Of a stretch of DNA of 59,923 nt, positions 39,356 through 53,700 are shown piece after piece. The notes beneath the pieces are model-generated. The model did no database searches and had not been told where the DNA came from. It saw nothing but the letters and a program-made list of their open reading frames with translations. The DNA comes from Octopus bimaculoides (lineage: Eukaryota): the NCBI RefSeq assembly GCF_001194135.2, contig NC_068992.1:16212311-16272233 (forward strand). The letters run 5' to 3'. Position 1 is the first letter of the stretch, and every line of letters begins with the position of its first letter. The translations under genes and the position numbers were made by a program.

Positions 39356-40506
39356 GGGAGAGAATGGATCCCATTCATTGATTGTAGCGTATTTATTGTC
39401 TCCAAAGGGATGAAACACATGATCCGGACCAAATGCCATTTAGGTTCTGTCTTATCACATAGGACACTCCCTTAAAAAACCGTCAAGCATCTACTGGTGG
39501 TTTTTAAGTAGGTGGCGTGCATCAAGCACCAGGAACGGTTAATCCAACTGGATTCTAACTTATTCCTGTATTGCAGACATCCCTGAACACAAAGCTATTG
39601 TGAAAGGAGGCATCGAATCTGAAACACGAAGCTGCAAAGCAACGTTCTGACACCGCACACTTATCTGCAGCTTCTGTGAAGAACCGTGAAGAATTACAAA
39701 AAATGTTACGCTGTCTACGATAGGACGCTAACATATAATTGTATTCTCCAGTTTTCTCAGAACAGTTGAGTCATCATTTAGCAGATATTGGCTTCAAACT
39801 TGATAATATCAAGAGAATTGGAATAAGAATGGCCTGTCATTCTCAAGATCACTAATAATGTGATTGAAATGAAGTAATTATATGTGTGAATAAATGCGAT
39901 TCGCAAATTCTCTTTACCAGAGGCTCATCTCTCAACCTATATTTCTTGATACTATCTGCAGTATACCTACTCAGCATTTAACACTACAATAACATTATCT
40001 CATTTAGTTGAATATAAGTTGCCTATCTGGTTTTAAGACTAAATATATAGTTGTAGTCGCATAAAACACTGCAGTGACATAGATAAGTTTACTCGTTCTT
40101 TTCTTTTGATTTGTTGGTTAATTTGAAATGAGAGCAACATATTATCAAAATTGATTTACACCATTTCTCCAACAGCATTTTAACCAAATAGGGTTAAGAA
40201 AGTCTCACTTAATTACCATGTCAGTCACCACCTTGTAATCGCCTACTACAACGATATAAACCATCAGCGCCGTCAAAGCCATCACCGACTGCTACCACGG
40301 CATTTACTACCATCGGCAAGCACACCGATGTCGACAGTCACCTTCACCTCCACTGATGCCAACTACAGCCATCGATCCGCCACCGCTCCCGCTGTGACCT
40401 CTACGCTAATAATGACTCCACCTTTTGGGTACTGTTCTCACAGTCACCGGACTAAGCTGTCTCTACCAATTTGGCAATCCAAACAGCAGCATCAACGTAG
40501 ACTCAC

Positions 40507-40773
40507 ATTTCTAAAACGTGGCTTTCTGAAGATGGGCCTTCCTACCTGAAATAAATAAAGGTTTTTCAACTTCCCTCTCTGCTTTGTTAGAAGCTCTCCT
40601 TTCCTTTTTCGTTTTATTATTTTACCTTGTGGTATTTGAATATCTTCCTCAATGTTCTCATCCATCATGAACTGACTTTTCTATTTATTCATACGTTAGC
40701 ATGGTGAGCCAGCAGATGCTTGACTAGCTAGAAATGACACGTGTTTTCCATGAAATGACTGCCTGCTTCTGGT
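40507..40773 (-). other. Candidate pair of spliced exons (40695-40773 and 40507-40545, 149-nt intron), non-coding or UTR
   Basis: Acceptors tattttcgtttctttaag and ctttatttatttcag; donors gtatga and gtgagt; the upstream exon has stops in all three frames. Confidence 0.3.
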
Positions 40774-43576
40774 CTTAAAGAAACGAAAATATAGCCCTTC
40801 AATAACGAATAGTAATAGTTTGAACGTATTTGAAGACCGGCAGTTTGCCTTGATAATAATAGAGGATGTATAACAAGAGCGTAGTGAATTATTTTTACAT
40901 TTGGCACCCGGCGTCTCACTTCCAGAACTTAATAACAAAACACTTTTAGAGCAAAAAATATTTGGATGATTTTATTTCTCAACTAAGAATTCACCACTAT
41001 CCGCGTTCTATCCGTATAACTTCAGAGCTAACGTATCAAAGAAGCAGTATAAATAGCAAGTCGTAACAAAAGTGTCGCGTTGTGTCAAGAGTGAAAATAT
41101 TTCTCACTGATATACAGAGCACAGTAAATTGTGAATGTATATATCATAAAGTTGAATGATCTCTGTTGTAATCAGCGAAGGTAACATCACTATTTAAATG
41201 GTGAGTGCTATGTTACTTCTTAATGTTGTTTTCGCTTTCAATTTGAAAAAAAAAATGATCATACTCGGAACAGAAACAAAACGTGACTATAATTTCAATT
41301 CTAACAGTATAATCTCAACGAAAACTTTTAAGTTTTTCTAGTTAAACCATGGAGTTAGAACCACAGATATCTCTACGCCACACAGAAATAATAGAGTGGA
41401 AAAAATTACCAATCATAATCCACGGTCGGTTTGGAGATTATTTTTAATTTATCGCTGGAATCTGAAATTGTTAATTAAAAAAAAAAAAAAGAGAAAGGAA
41501 TACAAAGCTCTGCCATAATGAAGATGGCGTCTGGTCGATGAAGAAAACAATTAATCTGAAATCGCATGAAGCTTTCTAAATAAAGAAATAGAAATATAAT
41601 CTTCATGACGAAATTAACAAAAAATTAAGCAATAAATATATTAATAAATATCAAATAATGAAAAGGAACATACAATATGTGATATGCTTGGAATTAGTTC
41701 TTGAAGATCATACAGAACGAAACACATTCCCTTTCATTATTATTATTTTTTAATCGACAAGTTATTAAAACTTTTTCTATCGTATTTCTCGCAAACATTT
41801 GAAAATGAAGTGAGACATACATTTCTATGGATGCTTCAGTATGCGACTTTGATTAAAATCGAATATGTTCACGTACACTGAAAGGTATGAACCAGTTAAC
41901 AGACAGTTTTGTGCAAGTCGGTTTGCCGTTGCTATGTGGATTTCTGTAAATGTCATATGGACTATTGTCCGCGTTGCTTATTCTATTTGGGAAAAATTAA
42001 ACGCGTCATTTCCTTTACCACCTGGTGTTGTAAATATGAGGAAACAGAAAATTTTATGTCAACTCGCTACATACACACACGCTTATTTACACAATGATAG
42101 AAACAAGCGTTTATATTTTAGAATTGTATTCCTTTCCACCATGAAATACATACATTAATTAACTTTTATTAATTACGCATTCAGTACTTTATTATTTGCT
42201 TGTTCTGTATTTTAATATTTGCTTGATAGTACTAATGCTTCCTGTCTTCTTCCAGTATCCTCTTTTACTAATATCAAGAGAGACATGTGCGATATGAGCG
42301 AGGAAGTCAAAAGAGCATCTTCAAATACTTTTATACAACCAATTAAATGATAAAGAATGAAATTATCACGTAACAGCATTTGCCTTTTAATGCTAAATAT
42401 TAACTTATTAAAATACAAAAATGTCTGAGCATACAATTTTTGCACCAAATAATGTAGCGTTTATATTAAGCACGCTGAGAGATGTCACCAAGAAGTGAGT
42501 CAATAAAACTGTGTTGGACAATCAATACGCATTTGGTTTAAAGAGAGAATAGGTAGGTGGAAACGGTGTATGTAATGACTTATAATAGTACCTCAATTTA
42601 TCAAGTATATTTGAAAGAACACATCATTTATAAAATAGACACTGCGTCAAACTCCTTTGGCATAATCGTTTCAGCAATATCGAAAATCTGTTGAGAATTA
42701 GGAATGTTATTTTATCTACTTGTGTCACCAAGTTTATGAAGAAGAGAGCTAATATTTGAACATCGTATTTTGGTAGAGAAATGCATTGTCGGTTCTCTTT
42801 TGCTCGGATCATTGATCATTGTCCCTTTTAATCTATTGAATTTTCTCTATACTGCTCTTCTGGTAAATCCCCTGTTTTAATATATGTATGGCAGTATATT
42901 ACATAACATTTTAATTGTCACAAATACAAGTACACACACACACAGCAGCAACAACAACAACACAACAACCTTTTTTGTCTAAAGAAGAACAACAAGAACA
43001 AGAACAAGAAAACAAATGACTTTAAAGGTTAACTGCAGCTGTTTCACGCGTATTTTTTTTACTTGTGTATAGTTCTATTACAGCGATTATATAATGAAAA
43101 ATCCGTTTTCCTTAGGAGATTAAAACTTAGGAAAATAATCTACAAGATGTAGATCAATTTTCTTTGTTAGGGATCGTGAAAGAGAGTGAAATCATCTTGA
43201 GAACTGCAGGAACAGGATCATGTGATGGTGAACAGTAATTTGGCTTTGAACACCATTATAATTAAAGTTGTGATTGAGAAAAAGTTAGCTGACATGGAGT
43301 ACTGGAATTCCTCTGAATATTGGAAAAGTACTATATGTATCAAGAGGATTCGTACCAGGTATCAAATTACCGACATGATCTCTTTTGTTTTATGCTCTGT
43401 AAACACTGTAAATAGTGTAATGTGCAACATGGAAAACTGCAGTGGAGTTTACGAAGTGCTGACCAACAGGAAGAGATATAGCAGGCATTTTGACAGCGTT
43501 AGCACGCCGAAATTCATCAAACAGCTTCATGACGGGACCTTACGCTCAATTCAGACGTCTGTGTAGATCTAGAAGA

Positions 43577-43612
<36 letters not shown>

Positions 43613-45374
43613 GCAATCGTTACAATTTATAATTATAATTTACGTATCCTAGTATTTCGGATATATAGTTTTGGTATCATTGTACCACGGAGTAAAAGTT
43701 GGAATTGTCATATACATATACGAGAATTGCATGTTTTGAAACCAATATCTTGAGCCTAGTGAAGGACAAACAGACTGTATCACAATAGAAACTGTGAACA
43801 CCAAAAACAGCGCTGAAAGCAGCAACGGCTGGAATGAGAACAGTCAAAGCCGGACTGTGGTGAAGAACAGAGACAGACAAAAGGGATGAACTGACAGTCC
43901 AACATGAGGTAAAGACGAGGGCAGCGGAATCAATCTCCCTTATATACCAAGTGGGCCAACAGCTGGAGCAAAGGCACATACAGCAGTAGTGACGTGAAAT
44001 ACCCCAGACTGAGGAAATCAGACAGAGTACGGTAGTGTCCCAGCATGAGAGCAACCGCATGGCAGAAATTAGTAAAAAAGTAAAAGATTAAAAGGGTCTC
44101 TCTCTCTCTCTGTATATATATATATATATATTCTCCGTTATGTCTAACCTACAGCAAAACGACAGCCGTGTGGTAGCCAGAAGAAGAAAAGCATAATGAA
44201 AGCATATTTCATTACATCGTATAGCGTCATTATCTGTGTCCCCGATATCAGATATGGGAAATACACTGGATTTTGTCAGTTTCAGTTCTCAAATGTAAGA
44301 AGACAAATTCTTCACTTTTGTTCCAGTAAAAATATATATAAATAAATAAACAAGTTTTAAAAACATAATTTTCTAGAACTCGCAGTATAGTTTTATTGTT
44401 ATTACCAAGAAGGTGAAGTTTAGCATGAATTTGTAACTAATATATATCTGGACGCTTATCTGATTTCATTAAAATCTAAAAACATTGCACTACATGGTAT
44501 TTTAGTATGTTTGGATTCATCTACATTGATTTCTATAAAAGTTAGAATCGCAGAACAACATTTTATGACTTACATGAAACGACGAAAATAAAAACTGAAA
44601 TTAATTGCAAAGTTTTATCCTGGAATAACATATCAGATATAAAGTGACAAAACGTTTTTATGATTTATACAAATTAACAAACTTAAATACACATTACCTA
44701 CAAAAGTTTTAGACATATTAATTGCTGGATTTAATCTAGAATCACTTATATGAGAGATATCTTAAAAGACATAAATGATATAATTGGCGTACGAAAAATC
44801 GAAATACATGAAAGGATATCGAAGGTGTTTTAACGTATAATTCCTTTCATATGTTTAATAACTATCAATCATGCCTCACGATAAAAACATAGCCATGTAG
44901 TCATCTATGTGTGTGTGTGTGTGTGTGTACGTGTTTGTGTGTGTTAGAACCACACACATTTAATCAATACACCATGCTTGATAAAATATATTGTTTCGTC
45001 TGATATATATATATATATATATATATATGTTCATTGTAAACGCTTAAAAATTAAGTTTCAATATAGTTCCTATAGATCAGAGCAGGGCAGTAACTTATAA
45101 CATCTAGTATTCCAAAGTAAAACATTTGAAAAATGTGTGTGAATCAAACTTTTAAACTTGCTTTCAATCTTAGTTTAGCAATTTTATTTACTTATTTACT
45201 TTGCTTTTGCGTTTGTCTTTAATGGATACATGTTCAGAGATAAAAACAAACATGTAGTAAAGAAAGAGACCGAGAAAGCGTGCGTTCAGTATATGTTTAT
45301 TGCATAGGTACCTATTGATGGTAGGTTTTCACAAGAATGTGATATATGTGTATTAGAATAATATTGTCTCTTCA

Positions 45375-45520
45375 GCTGTCTTGCACCACCATAGTTTGAC
45401 CAGGATTTAGGCACTGCCGTACCATGTCTGTCCATTTCTTATTGGTACAAAACGACAGTTGACAGGATTGTTTAACCCAGCTAGAACATTATTCGTCAAC
45501 AGTGGGTGGTCACACTGGCA
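45375..45520 (-). mobile_element. Possible decayed RTE LINE 3' fragment
   Basis: KKWTDMVRQCL...VVQDS resembles KRW.D.I.......A.DR; weak. Confidence 0.3.
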
Positions 45521-48500
45521 GGGCTTCTAAGGATTGTTGTGAGGATTGAAAAGAGAGCAATCAAATCGCAATATTTTGTACACATCTCTTGTACTTGTCC
45601 TACAACATATGGACAAGATCTTCATTCTGTTTAATTATCGATAAAGAACGTGTGGATGGATTTTCACAAATGTGTTTGGTGGAAAGAGAATTTCGAAATT
45701 AGTTATATAAAGAGAAATGTTGGCCTCAGTGAGATTTGAAATCGAAACGTAGAGGACATGAACGTTATTAACTTTACTAGAATAAGTATTACAGAAGTTG
45801 AGAAATGACTTTCAATCCATTAAGGTGGCACTAATGCTCTTTTGGAAATAGCAAAATTACTATACCTCCCTATATCTTTCACTGTTTTCATATGGAGTTT
45901 TAAAACCATTTACAAACACACTTATATGTATACAAATATGTGCTAGCGTGTGTTTGTGTCTGTCCGCGTGTATGTGGGTGGTATGTGCAAGTCTAGTAGA
46001 CTATCTGATACAAAAGTTCAGACATGTCACATAATCTTATGTTTATTAAACCTGAAGATTTCATTAAATGTGTAGTTTTCTGTGAAATGATCATCCATTT
46101 GCTTTGTAATTCAATGATCAGAATATTCTGTTGATGAAGCAACAACTAGAATTACTCTCAAGTTGATGCAACAATCCATTATGTGTGTACACACATATAA
46201 TAAGAGTGTCAATGTCTCTATGCAAATACGCTGCGTCTTCCTCGCGCACACGCACGCACGCACACATACGCATATATGCATATATGTACATGCTCTACTA
46301 TCGCCTTCTATATATCTTGCTACTGTCCGACCACTTCAAATTATACAGAACTTATACGTGTATATACACTTCAACTTCACTAGCATAAATACGAAGAGCA
46401 CTGCTTCAAAATAAAATCGATGTTGTCTACAAAATTTAATGTTCTCATCTCAATTATATACGTCGAAATATAACCTACATTGAGGAAATTAGTACTTGAT
46501 TCACCTGTCGAATTTCCATGATCTGTCACGGATCATCATCTTAGCGGCACACTTAAATTTGTCATTTGTAAATCATTCCAGACATACGCACATAATAGTA
46601 TTAAGAAATGCAGCATTAAAACATAAGAATCGACAGAGGAATGGGCTTCTAACCTAAAGGTTGACAGACCTAATACTATCAACGGAATCTCTTCTCAGCA
46701 AGATGCATTATAATGTATTAATCGATGTATTGTAGTGGCCACAGGTTAATGATAATTAAAATTCGCATTCATAGCAGAATGGCAAACTTTGATCTAGAAC
46801 ATGATTCCACCACCTTGACTTGATAGTTTGGGAAAGTTGATTGTCCATGTGTAGTGATATTTTCGGTGGTGCAAAGGTAACTCACTGAAAATTTGATGTA
46901 CCTGCATGAATTGTTTTGACAAACAATTAGTATAATATGTGAGCCTATATTTCCTGACAGTGACAGCAGAAATTGACAAGAATAAAATAATATTCGGCTT
47001 TTATAAATTTACTTGTCAAGGCTTTTCACAAGTAATATAATTGAAGTAATTCTCAAATATCAGGAACATATCACGCACATTCTTAGCTATATTATCTGCC
47101 ATGTGGCAGTAATATTCCGTCACATATTGGCTGGGTCAAGGTTGAATGCACATTTTAGATAAGAATTCGTGGAATAAATGCATAACTAAATTAAAGAATT
47201 ATCTTGCTGTCAGTTTAAAGTTCGGCACGATTTCAGCTGGTTAAGGCTGTTACAATTTTAAGCAACATAGCAGGAATATTGATCTGGTAACTTATATAGG
47301 TTTGTTTTGCCATCGCTAAAAACACCGACTACATATTTGCTGCTTTACGTCTACCAATAAAACTGCAACGAGATTTAATTTGATGCCAAAATATTTGAAA
47401 GAAAATAGTTTTTTCTCTTTTTTTATTAAGATGTTTTAAACGTTAAATTTGCCTCGTCTTGTACAATTTTTTCCCATTCCTTGAACAGATTTTCATTTAT
47501 ATGACATAAGAATTTTTATACTATATAGGTAGTCAATACTTCGCTCTCAATAAAAATATAGTTTCCAAGATACACCAGTAGATTCTAAGATATTTGCCTT
47601 GTTATACTGCGTGTCGTCAATTACTATTTTTATTATTATTAGGACTGATTATTCTTGTCAGATCTCTCCATCGCAGTTCGTATCGGCAAGTCTCTTTATG
47701 ATTGATACTTTGTCTCTTCAATTACTACCAACAGTTAGAGTTATATATAAATCGCACAGTGTTTCACTCATTATTCTGTATATCAATAATAATCTCGATG
47801 CTTCTATCTGAATAAACCCCTTGGCAGATGATACCTTTCTCTGCATATATTACTCCCACATAGCATTCCTGATATATGCGTCTTCAGAGCTCGACATAGA
47901 GATCTAAAATTAGATTTGTTCTGTTTCTACGACCTGGATTCTCACATGAATAGCTTGTATAAATAAACAGAAATACTAAACAATCATTAACCAAAAAATC
48001 AAAGTACCTCGATTTAAATATTCCCTTTACATCAACAATATGCAATTGAAAATTACAAATTGTGCTACCTTCAAAATAATTGCTGATAAACTCAGAGACT
48101 AAATAATTCGTGGCATTGACAAGTAGTGAGTACATTACCTCATAGAGTTTATAAAGTATTAGACTTATTCAGAAGTCTAGAGAAGCTAGTAGTCAGTGCA
48201 GTGGGATTCTAGATTCGTATATTTTAAATAAAAAATTGTAGGCTGGGGTGAATCGACGCAGACAACATACGCAGACGATAATCTTAAAAATTCTGGTAGT
48301 TGTGAAAGTATACAGTATACAGACATATATATAAGAATCAAGAGAAGAAGTTGAAATAATGTGAGTTTAATGCCATCATGAAATAAAAGTAACATAAAAA
48401 TGTTCATGTATAGAATCTGAGGGAGTTGCTTCGAGTAAGAGTAAAATCCTCAAATTAAAATATAAAAAAAATTCTAAAACCCAACCAGTCGTCAGCGTTT

Positions 48501-49706
48501 GAAATATCTCCTTTTAGAAGAATTACTGCAACTCATCAACAAAGCTCCTCTACAACGCCAGCTAAACGACAGTTGATAAATGTAGAACAACTTCGTTGAA
48601 CGCATACACCTGAGTGATATTTAAATGCAGGCTCCGTGGCTGATTGTAAAAAACATGGCGATCGACGGGCTAGGCTAGCTGTTGTGCACATTTCCTCACT
48701 GTCCATCTCTGGTTATGTTACATCGTCCTTTAAATTAGCAAATCATGCGTCATATCCATAAACACCCTCTGGAGTACTTGTTATGCCTTGTCAATCAAGA
48801 ATCCCGCTCTCTTACGCTTCTGCTCTAAATCATTCGTTTTTTCGATCTTTCTCAAAATTGAAATTCTTTATATTTACCTCATGCAGCACGTTTTCCTTAA
48901 GTTTAAACACATTATAACTCTCTAGCAAACTAATTCTATCTCATTTTTCTGGTGAATGCTATATTCCAAGTATTTCTGTTCAACACCGTTTCAAATAAAA
49001 TGACCAAATATTTATCACAAAACACGTATAAAATTACAGTCTGGAAAATATTACATTCCAGACTGATGTATTACAAAGACTCTTGTATAAAGCTACTAAC
49101 AGTAAAAATTGTTCTTGTTTGATTGTAGACAAAGAATTGCGCTAAGATATATTTTCATATTGAATCACGTAAATGAGTTAAGCCTATGTCTGCATTTTCT
49201 GTCTTCGGGAATGTTTGTTATGTTTCAGTGACTTCTGTAAATTACTATCAGTAAATATCGATGCGCTTTTCTTTTTATTCTATATTAATGTATTTCAATG
49301 GTAAATAAGTGGAAATCACGCTCGTTAAACAAACATTTACGCCTTCTACTTTCCTGTACACATTTCAATAACATATTTTTCTTCTTAGTGAGACTTAATA
49401 AAATTTTACAGTTCAATGACCTTTTGTTTGCTTTTTCTGTGTAAAAACTTTAAAAAAATACTTATTGTTTAAATAAGCAGTAAACGAAAAGTTTAGATTT
49501 TCCGGGCGTTATAACAGTATTTCTCTATCACAAAACATGTTAACGATGATGGATTTACGAGACATTCGTCTGAAGAATAATTGAGGAAAAAACAAACATT
49601 TTATGCTGCAGTGAATTTCCTTCCAAATCTACGATGAAAATTAAGCATGTAAACATATATAATTCACATTTAGTTGTGTGAAGAAAAGTATCTATTGAAG
49701 GCGTGG

Positions 49707-50045
49707 GCAGGCTTTGCTACCGAACCGGGAACAAAATTCGCTTAGCGGGTGCGAACCCAAGTCCCATTTTTTTTTTTTTACGAAAATATGGATTTTTTGA
49801 TTTTTTCAATGTTAATCTTATGACTAGCTTCATTAGTTACTATTTTCGATTTTTCTATTTATTTATTTTTGACCTTTCTTCTTGTTTTGAGAAGAAACCT
49901 AACTTCAATCAGCTTCTTACAGATCTATTTTTAGACACTGTTTTTTGAACCTAACAAAGTATGTAGAGGGTGCGAATTTTGCACCCGCGACCCCTGCACC
50001 CTCTGTTCCCGGGCACTTGCATCCCAGGCTGATTTCGGTAGACTG
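49707..50045. mobile_element. Possible MITE / DNA-transposon remnant
   Basis: GC-rich ends with gggtgc/gcaccc motifs and a shared ctaccgaa in inverted orientation around an AT-rich interior; no TSD found. Confidence 0.3.
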
Positions 50046-50089
50046 TAATAGATATTGCAAAACTTTTATTATGAAGTAAAAGAAAAAAA

Positions 50090-50300
50090 GGCGGCGAGCT
50101 GGCAGAACCGTTAGCGCACTGGACGAAATGCTTAGCGGTATTTAACCTGTCTTCACGTTCTGAGTTCGAATTTCGCCGAGGTCGACTTTGCCTTTCATCT
50201 TTTCGGGGTCAATAATCAAAGTACCAGTTGAGTACTTGGTTGATATAATCAACTTAATCCTCGTCAAACTTCAGGCATTGTGTCTATAGTAGAAAGGATT
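50090..50300 (+). mobile_element. Family B SINE, full length
   Basis: ggcggcgagctggcagaaccgttagc...ttcgccgaggtcgactttgcctttcatc...ctatagtagaaaggatt. Confidence 0.93.
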
Positions 50301-50374
50301 GTGAACTATATATTGATGTATCTTTTATTAGTGTTAAAATAGGAAGAGATATAAAACGGTAGGGAGGGTCTAAT

Positions 50375-50550
50375 ACTTCAAAGTTTTGCACAACGCCAAA
50401 CATTTCGGAGGAGGGGAAATATATACAACGATTTCATTGACTGCAGCACTTGTTTTATCGATTCTGAAGGATGAAACGCGAAGTCGACCTGAAGGAATTT
50501 GAATTCAGAATATAAAGACGGGCATAATGATGCTAAGAATTTTGAGGGAG
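50375..50550 (-). mobile_element. Family B SINE, decayed
   Basis: ttttatcgattctgaaggatgaaacgcgaagtcgacctgaaggaatttgaattcagaa. Confidence 0.8.
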
Positions 50551-50559
50551 ACTGTAATT

Positions 50560-50750
50560 TTGATTTCAAATTTCGGGGGCTGGGTAAGTCGATTACATCG
50601 ACCCCAGTGCTTGATTGGTACTTATTTTATCGACCTTGAAATGATGAAAGGTAAAGTCAACCTCGGCGGAATTTGAACTCTGAAAGTAACAATAGTCGAA
50701 ATGCTACTAAGCATTTTTCTACGGTATTCTAAATCGTCTGCCTGTTAGCC
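50560..50750 (-). mobile_element. Family B SINE
   Basis: taagtcgattacatcgaccccagtgc...ggtacttattttatcgacc...aaagtcaacctcggcggaatttgaactc. Confidence 0.9.
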
Positions 50751-50786
50751 AACTTTGAAGGGAGCCAATAATTCCAATGGTAATGC

Positions 50787-51000
50787 TTCTTTCTAATTTA
50801 GATAGAAGGGCAGTAATTTTCCAAAGGAGAAGGGTTAAAGGATTATACCGACAGCACTACTTGACAAGTACAGTAATTTTATCGACCCCGGAGAGATGAA
50901 GCCCAAAGTTGATTTAGACATCATGCGAACAAAGAATGTAAAGAGCCGGAAGAAATACCGCAAGGGATTCTGCCTACCGTTCTGACATTTCTGACTATCA
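50787..51000 (-). mobile_element. Family B SINE, decayed
   Basis: ttttatcgaccccggagagatgaagcccaaagttga...gaaataccgcaaggga. Confidence 0.75.
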
Positions 51001-51463
51001 AAGAGCCTTCCTATGAATGGTAATATTGACAGCAATAAAAATGGAAATGCACTAATGATGACAAAGCAGGCATAAATCTTCTCACTCTTNNNNNNNNNNN
51101 NNNNNNNNNNNNNNNNNNNNNNNNNNNNNNNNNNNNNNNNNNNNNNNNNNNNNNNNNNNNNNNNNNNNNNNNNNNNNNNNNNNNNNNNNNNNNNNNNNNN
51201 NNNNNNNNNNNNNNNNNNNNNNNNNNNNNNATATGTGTCTGTATGTATGTATGTATATATATATATATGTATATATGTATAGGTATAGGTATATATGTGT
51301 CTGTATGTATGTATGTATATATATATATATGTATATATATGCACAAACATACATATGCACATATATATTTGCATTATAACTATGAATGCATGGACGTTTT
51401 CAACATATATATCATATTTATACATTTTTACATGCATGTACACACACATAAACATACAGACAC

Positions 51464-51521
<58 letters not shown>

Positions 51522-51641
51522 ACACACACACACACACGCATATATATATATATACATATACACGCGCACACAAACACGTATTTCTATCTATTTATCCATC
51601 TATCTGTCGATCTATCTGTCTGTCAATCCTTATCTATCAGT

Positions 51642-52020
51642 GGAGGCGCAATGGTCCAGTGGTTAGGGCAGCGGACTCACAGTCAAAGGTTCGTGGTTTC
51701 GATTCTCAGACCAGGTGTTGTGAGTGCTTATTGAGCGAAAGCACCTAAAGTTCCACGAGGCTCTGGCAGGGGATAGTGGCGAACCCCGTTGTACTTTTTC
51801 ACCGCAACTTTCTCTCAATCTTGTTCCCCGTTTCTGCTGTACCTGTAATTCTAAGGACAAGCCTTGTCACACTCAGTTTCACGCTGAATCTCCCCAAGAA
51901 CCACGTTAAGGGTACACGTATTTGTGGAGTGCTCAACAACTTGCATGTTAATTTCACGAGCAGGCTGTTCCGTCGACGGATCAACTGGAGCCCTCGTCGT
52001 CGTAACCGACGTAGTGCCAC
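51642..52020 (+). mobile_element. Family A SINE, full length
   Basis: Collinear with the 9082-9460 copy. Confidence 0.94.
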
Positions 52021-52122
52021 TAATATCTCTATCTGTCTATCATATATGTATATACGCGCTCACGCATAGCATACGTGTATGCACTCATATAGTGTGCACA
52101 TATAACTAATATTATGACTTTA

Positions 52123-52306
52123 TAAAGCGATGAGCTGCAGAAGCTTTAATACGCAGAGCAGAATGCATGGTCGCATTTCATCCGTTTTTACGCCCAAAGT
52201 TCAAATTTTGGCGGGGTCGATTTTGTCTTTCATTCTTTCGGGGGTCAATGAAATCGATTAAGCCTCTCCCCCTGAAATTTCTGGCCTTGTGCCAAGATGT
52301 GAAATC
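52123..52306 (+). mobile_element. Family B SINE, decayed with internal deletion
   Basis: gttcaaattttggcggggtcgattttgtctttcattctttcggggg...gaaatttctggccttgtgcc. Confidence 0.75.
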
Positions 52307-53536
52307 TATATTACGAATTTATATAATATATATTACTGTTATCTAATAAACATTCCGCTTTTTTATTTAATTTATGTTTCGAAATTGTCGCTTGACGCGC
52401 ATACGCACATGCGTTCATGCATACCTATATATATATATATNNNNNNNNNNNNNNNNNNNNNNNNNNNNNNNNNNNNNNNNNNNNNNNNNNNNNNNNNNNN
52501 NNNNNNNNNNNNNNNNNNNNNNNNNNNNNNNNNNNNNNNNNNNNNNNNNNNNNNNNNNNNNNNNNNNNNNNNNNNNNNNNNNNNNNNNNNNNNNNNNNNN
52601 NNNNNNNNNNNNNNNNNNNNNNNNNNNNNNNNNNNNNNNNNNNNNNNNNNNNNNNNNNNNNNNNNNNNNNNNNNNNNNNNNNNNNNNNNNNNNNNNNNNN
52701 NNNNNNNNNNNNNNNNNNNNNNNNNNNNNNNNNNNNNNNNNNNNNNNNNNNNNNNNNNNNNNNNNNNNNNNNNNNNNNNNNNNNNNNNNNNNNNNNNNNN
52801 NNNNNNNNNNNNNNTATATATATATATATATGTGCGTGTATCAAAGAAGACAATTTTCTTTTCCGGTTATGTGCATTATTTATGTAAAGATAATTACCTG
52901 TGCATAAATAATTACCCCGTATTGACGTCAATAATTATTCGTTGATGGATAATGTTGACAAGGCAAAAGTGAAAAAAAACAACAAAAAACAAAAAACAAA
53001 AAAAAGTAAATGTCTATTCGATACTGAAATGTTTATCCACCACAAGTAAGTTTATTATATATATTAATATAACGCTTTTGTCCGCGTATTCTATGTTACT
53101 CGACTCACTAGATGACTGCGAAAAGGAAATATTTCAATGGACAAATAGATAAATAAACAAGGTGTTATACACATAAATAACAGTTTTTTAAAGAATATCT
53201 GTTAACATTTGTTACTGTAGCTGTCAGTGACAATTTTGTTTTGATTTGTTTTTTAAATGAAGTGTTCGGTTTTGATTTTTTTTTTTAAATATGCAAATAT
53301 TATTTCCGGGCATGTCATGAGAATCTGTCTCCATGGCATCAAGCATAATGACGTCTTTAAATGTAATTTTTCTCTGCGTATACATGGATTTTGTATGCAG
53401 GAATGTGGCTGTGATAGATATGGATATATTGCAATAAAAATATTTGAAATTTCTAGTGGTTTTTCTCCATTATAAGTATGAGTGGCTTCTTGCAGATGTT
53501 TCGTTTTATAACCTTAAGGTATAGCTCTACTTGATT

Positions 53537-53700
53537 AGGCATGGATGTGTGGTAAGACGCTGGCTTCTCAAACACATAGTCCTGGTTTCAGTGGCACTGT
53601 GTGGCACCTTGGGCTAGTGTCTTCTCCTATAGCCTCGGGCCGGCCGAAGCTCTGTGAGTGGATTTGCTAGAGGGAAACTGAAAGGAGCTCGTCGTATATT
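53537..53700 (+). mobile_element. Family C SINE 5' half
   Basis: gtggcaccttgggctagtgtcttctcctatagcctcgggccggccgaagc. Confidence 0.88.

Noticed and set aside
39575-39725. Exon-like segment DIPEHKAIVKGGIES... after a strong acceptor
   Set aside because: It could equally be an old RTE tail (VKNREELQKML in the next frame); neither reading is well supported.
18253-41884. Plus-strand segments with good splice sites at about 18253-18332, 34691-34760 and 41840-41884
   Set aside because: Stops in all three frames; such pseudo-exons are expected in AT-rich DNA.
47888-47970. Peptide RHRDLKLD, resembling a kinase catalytic loop
   Set aside because: The required Asn is absent (HRDLKLDL), the flanks are not kinase-like, no donor is suitably placed, and a stop follows soon.
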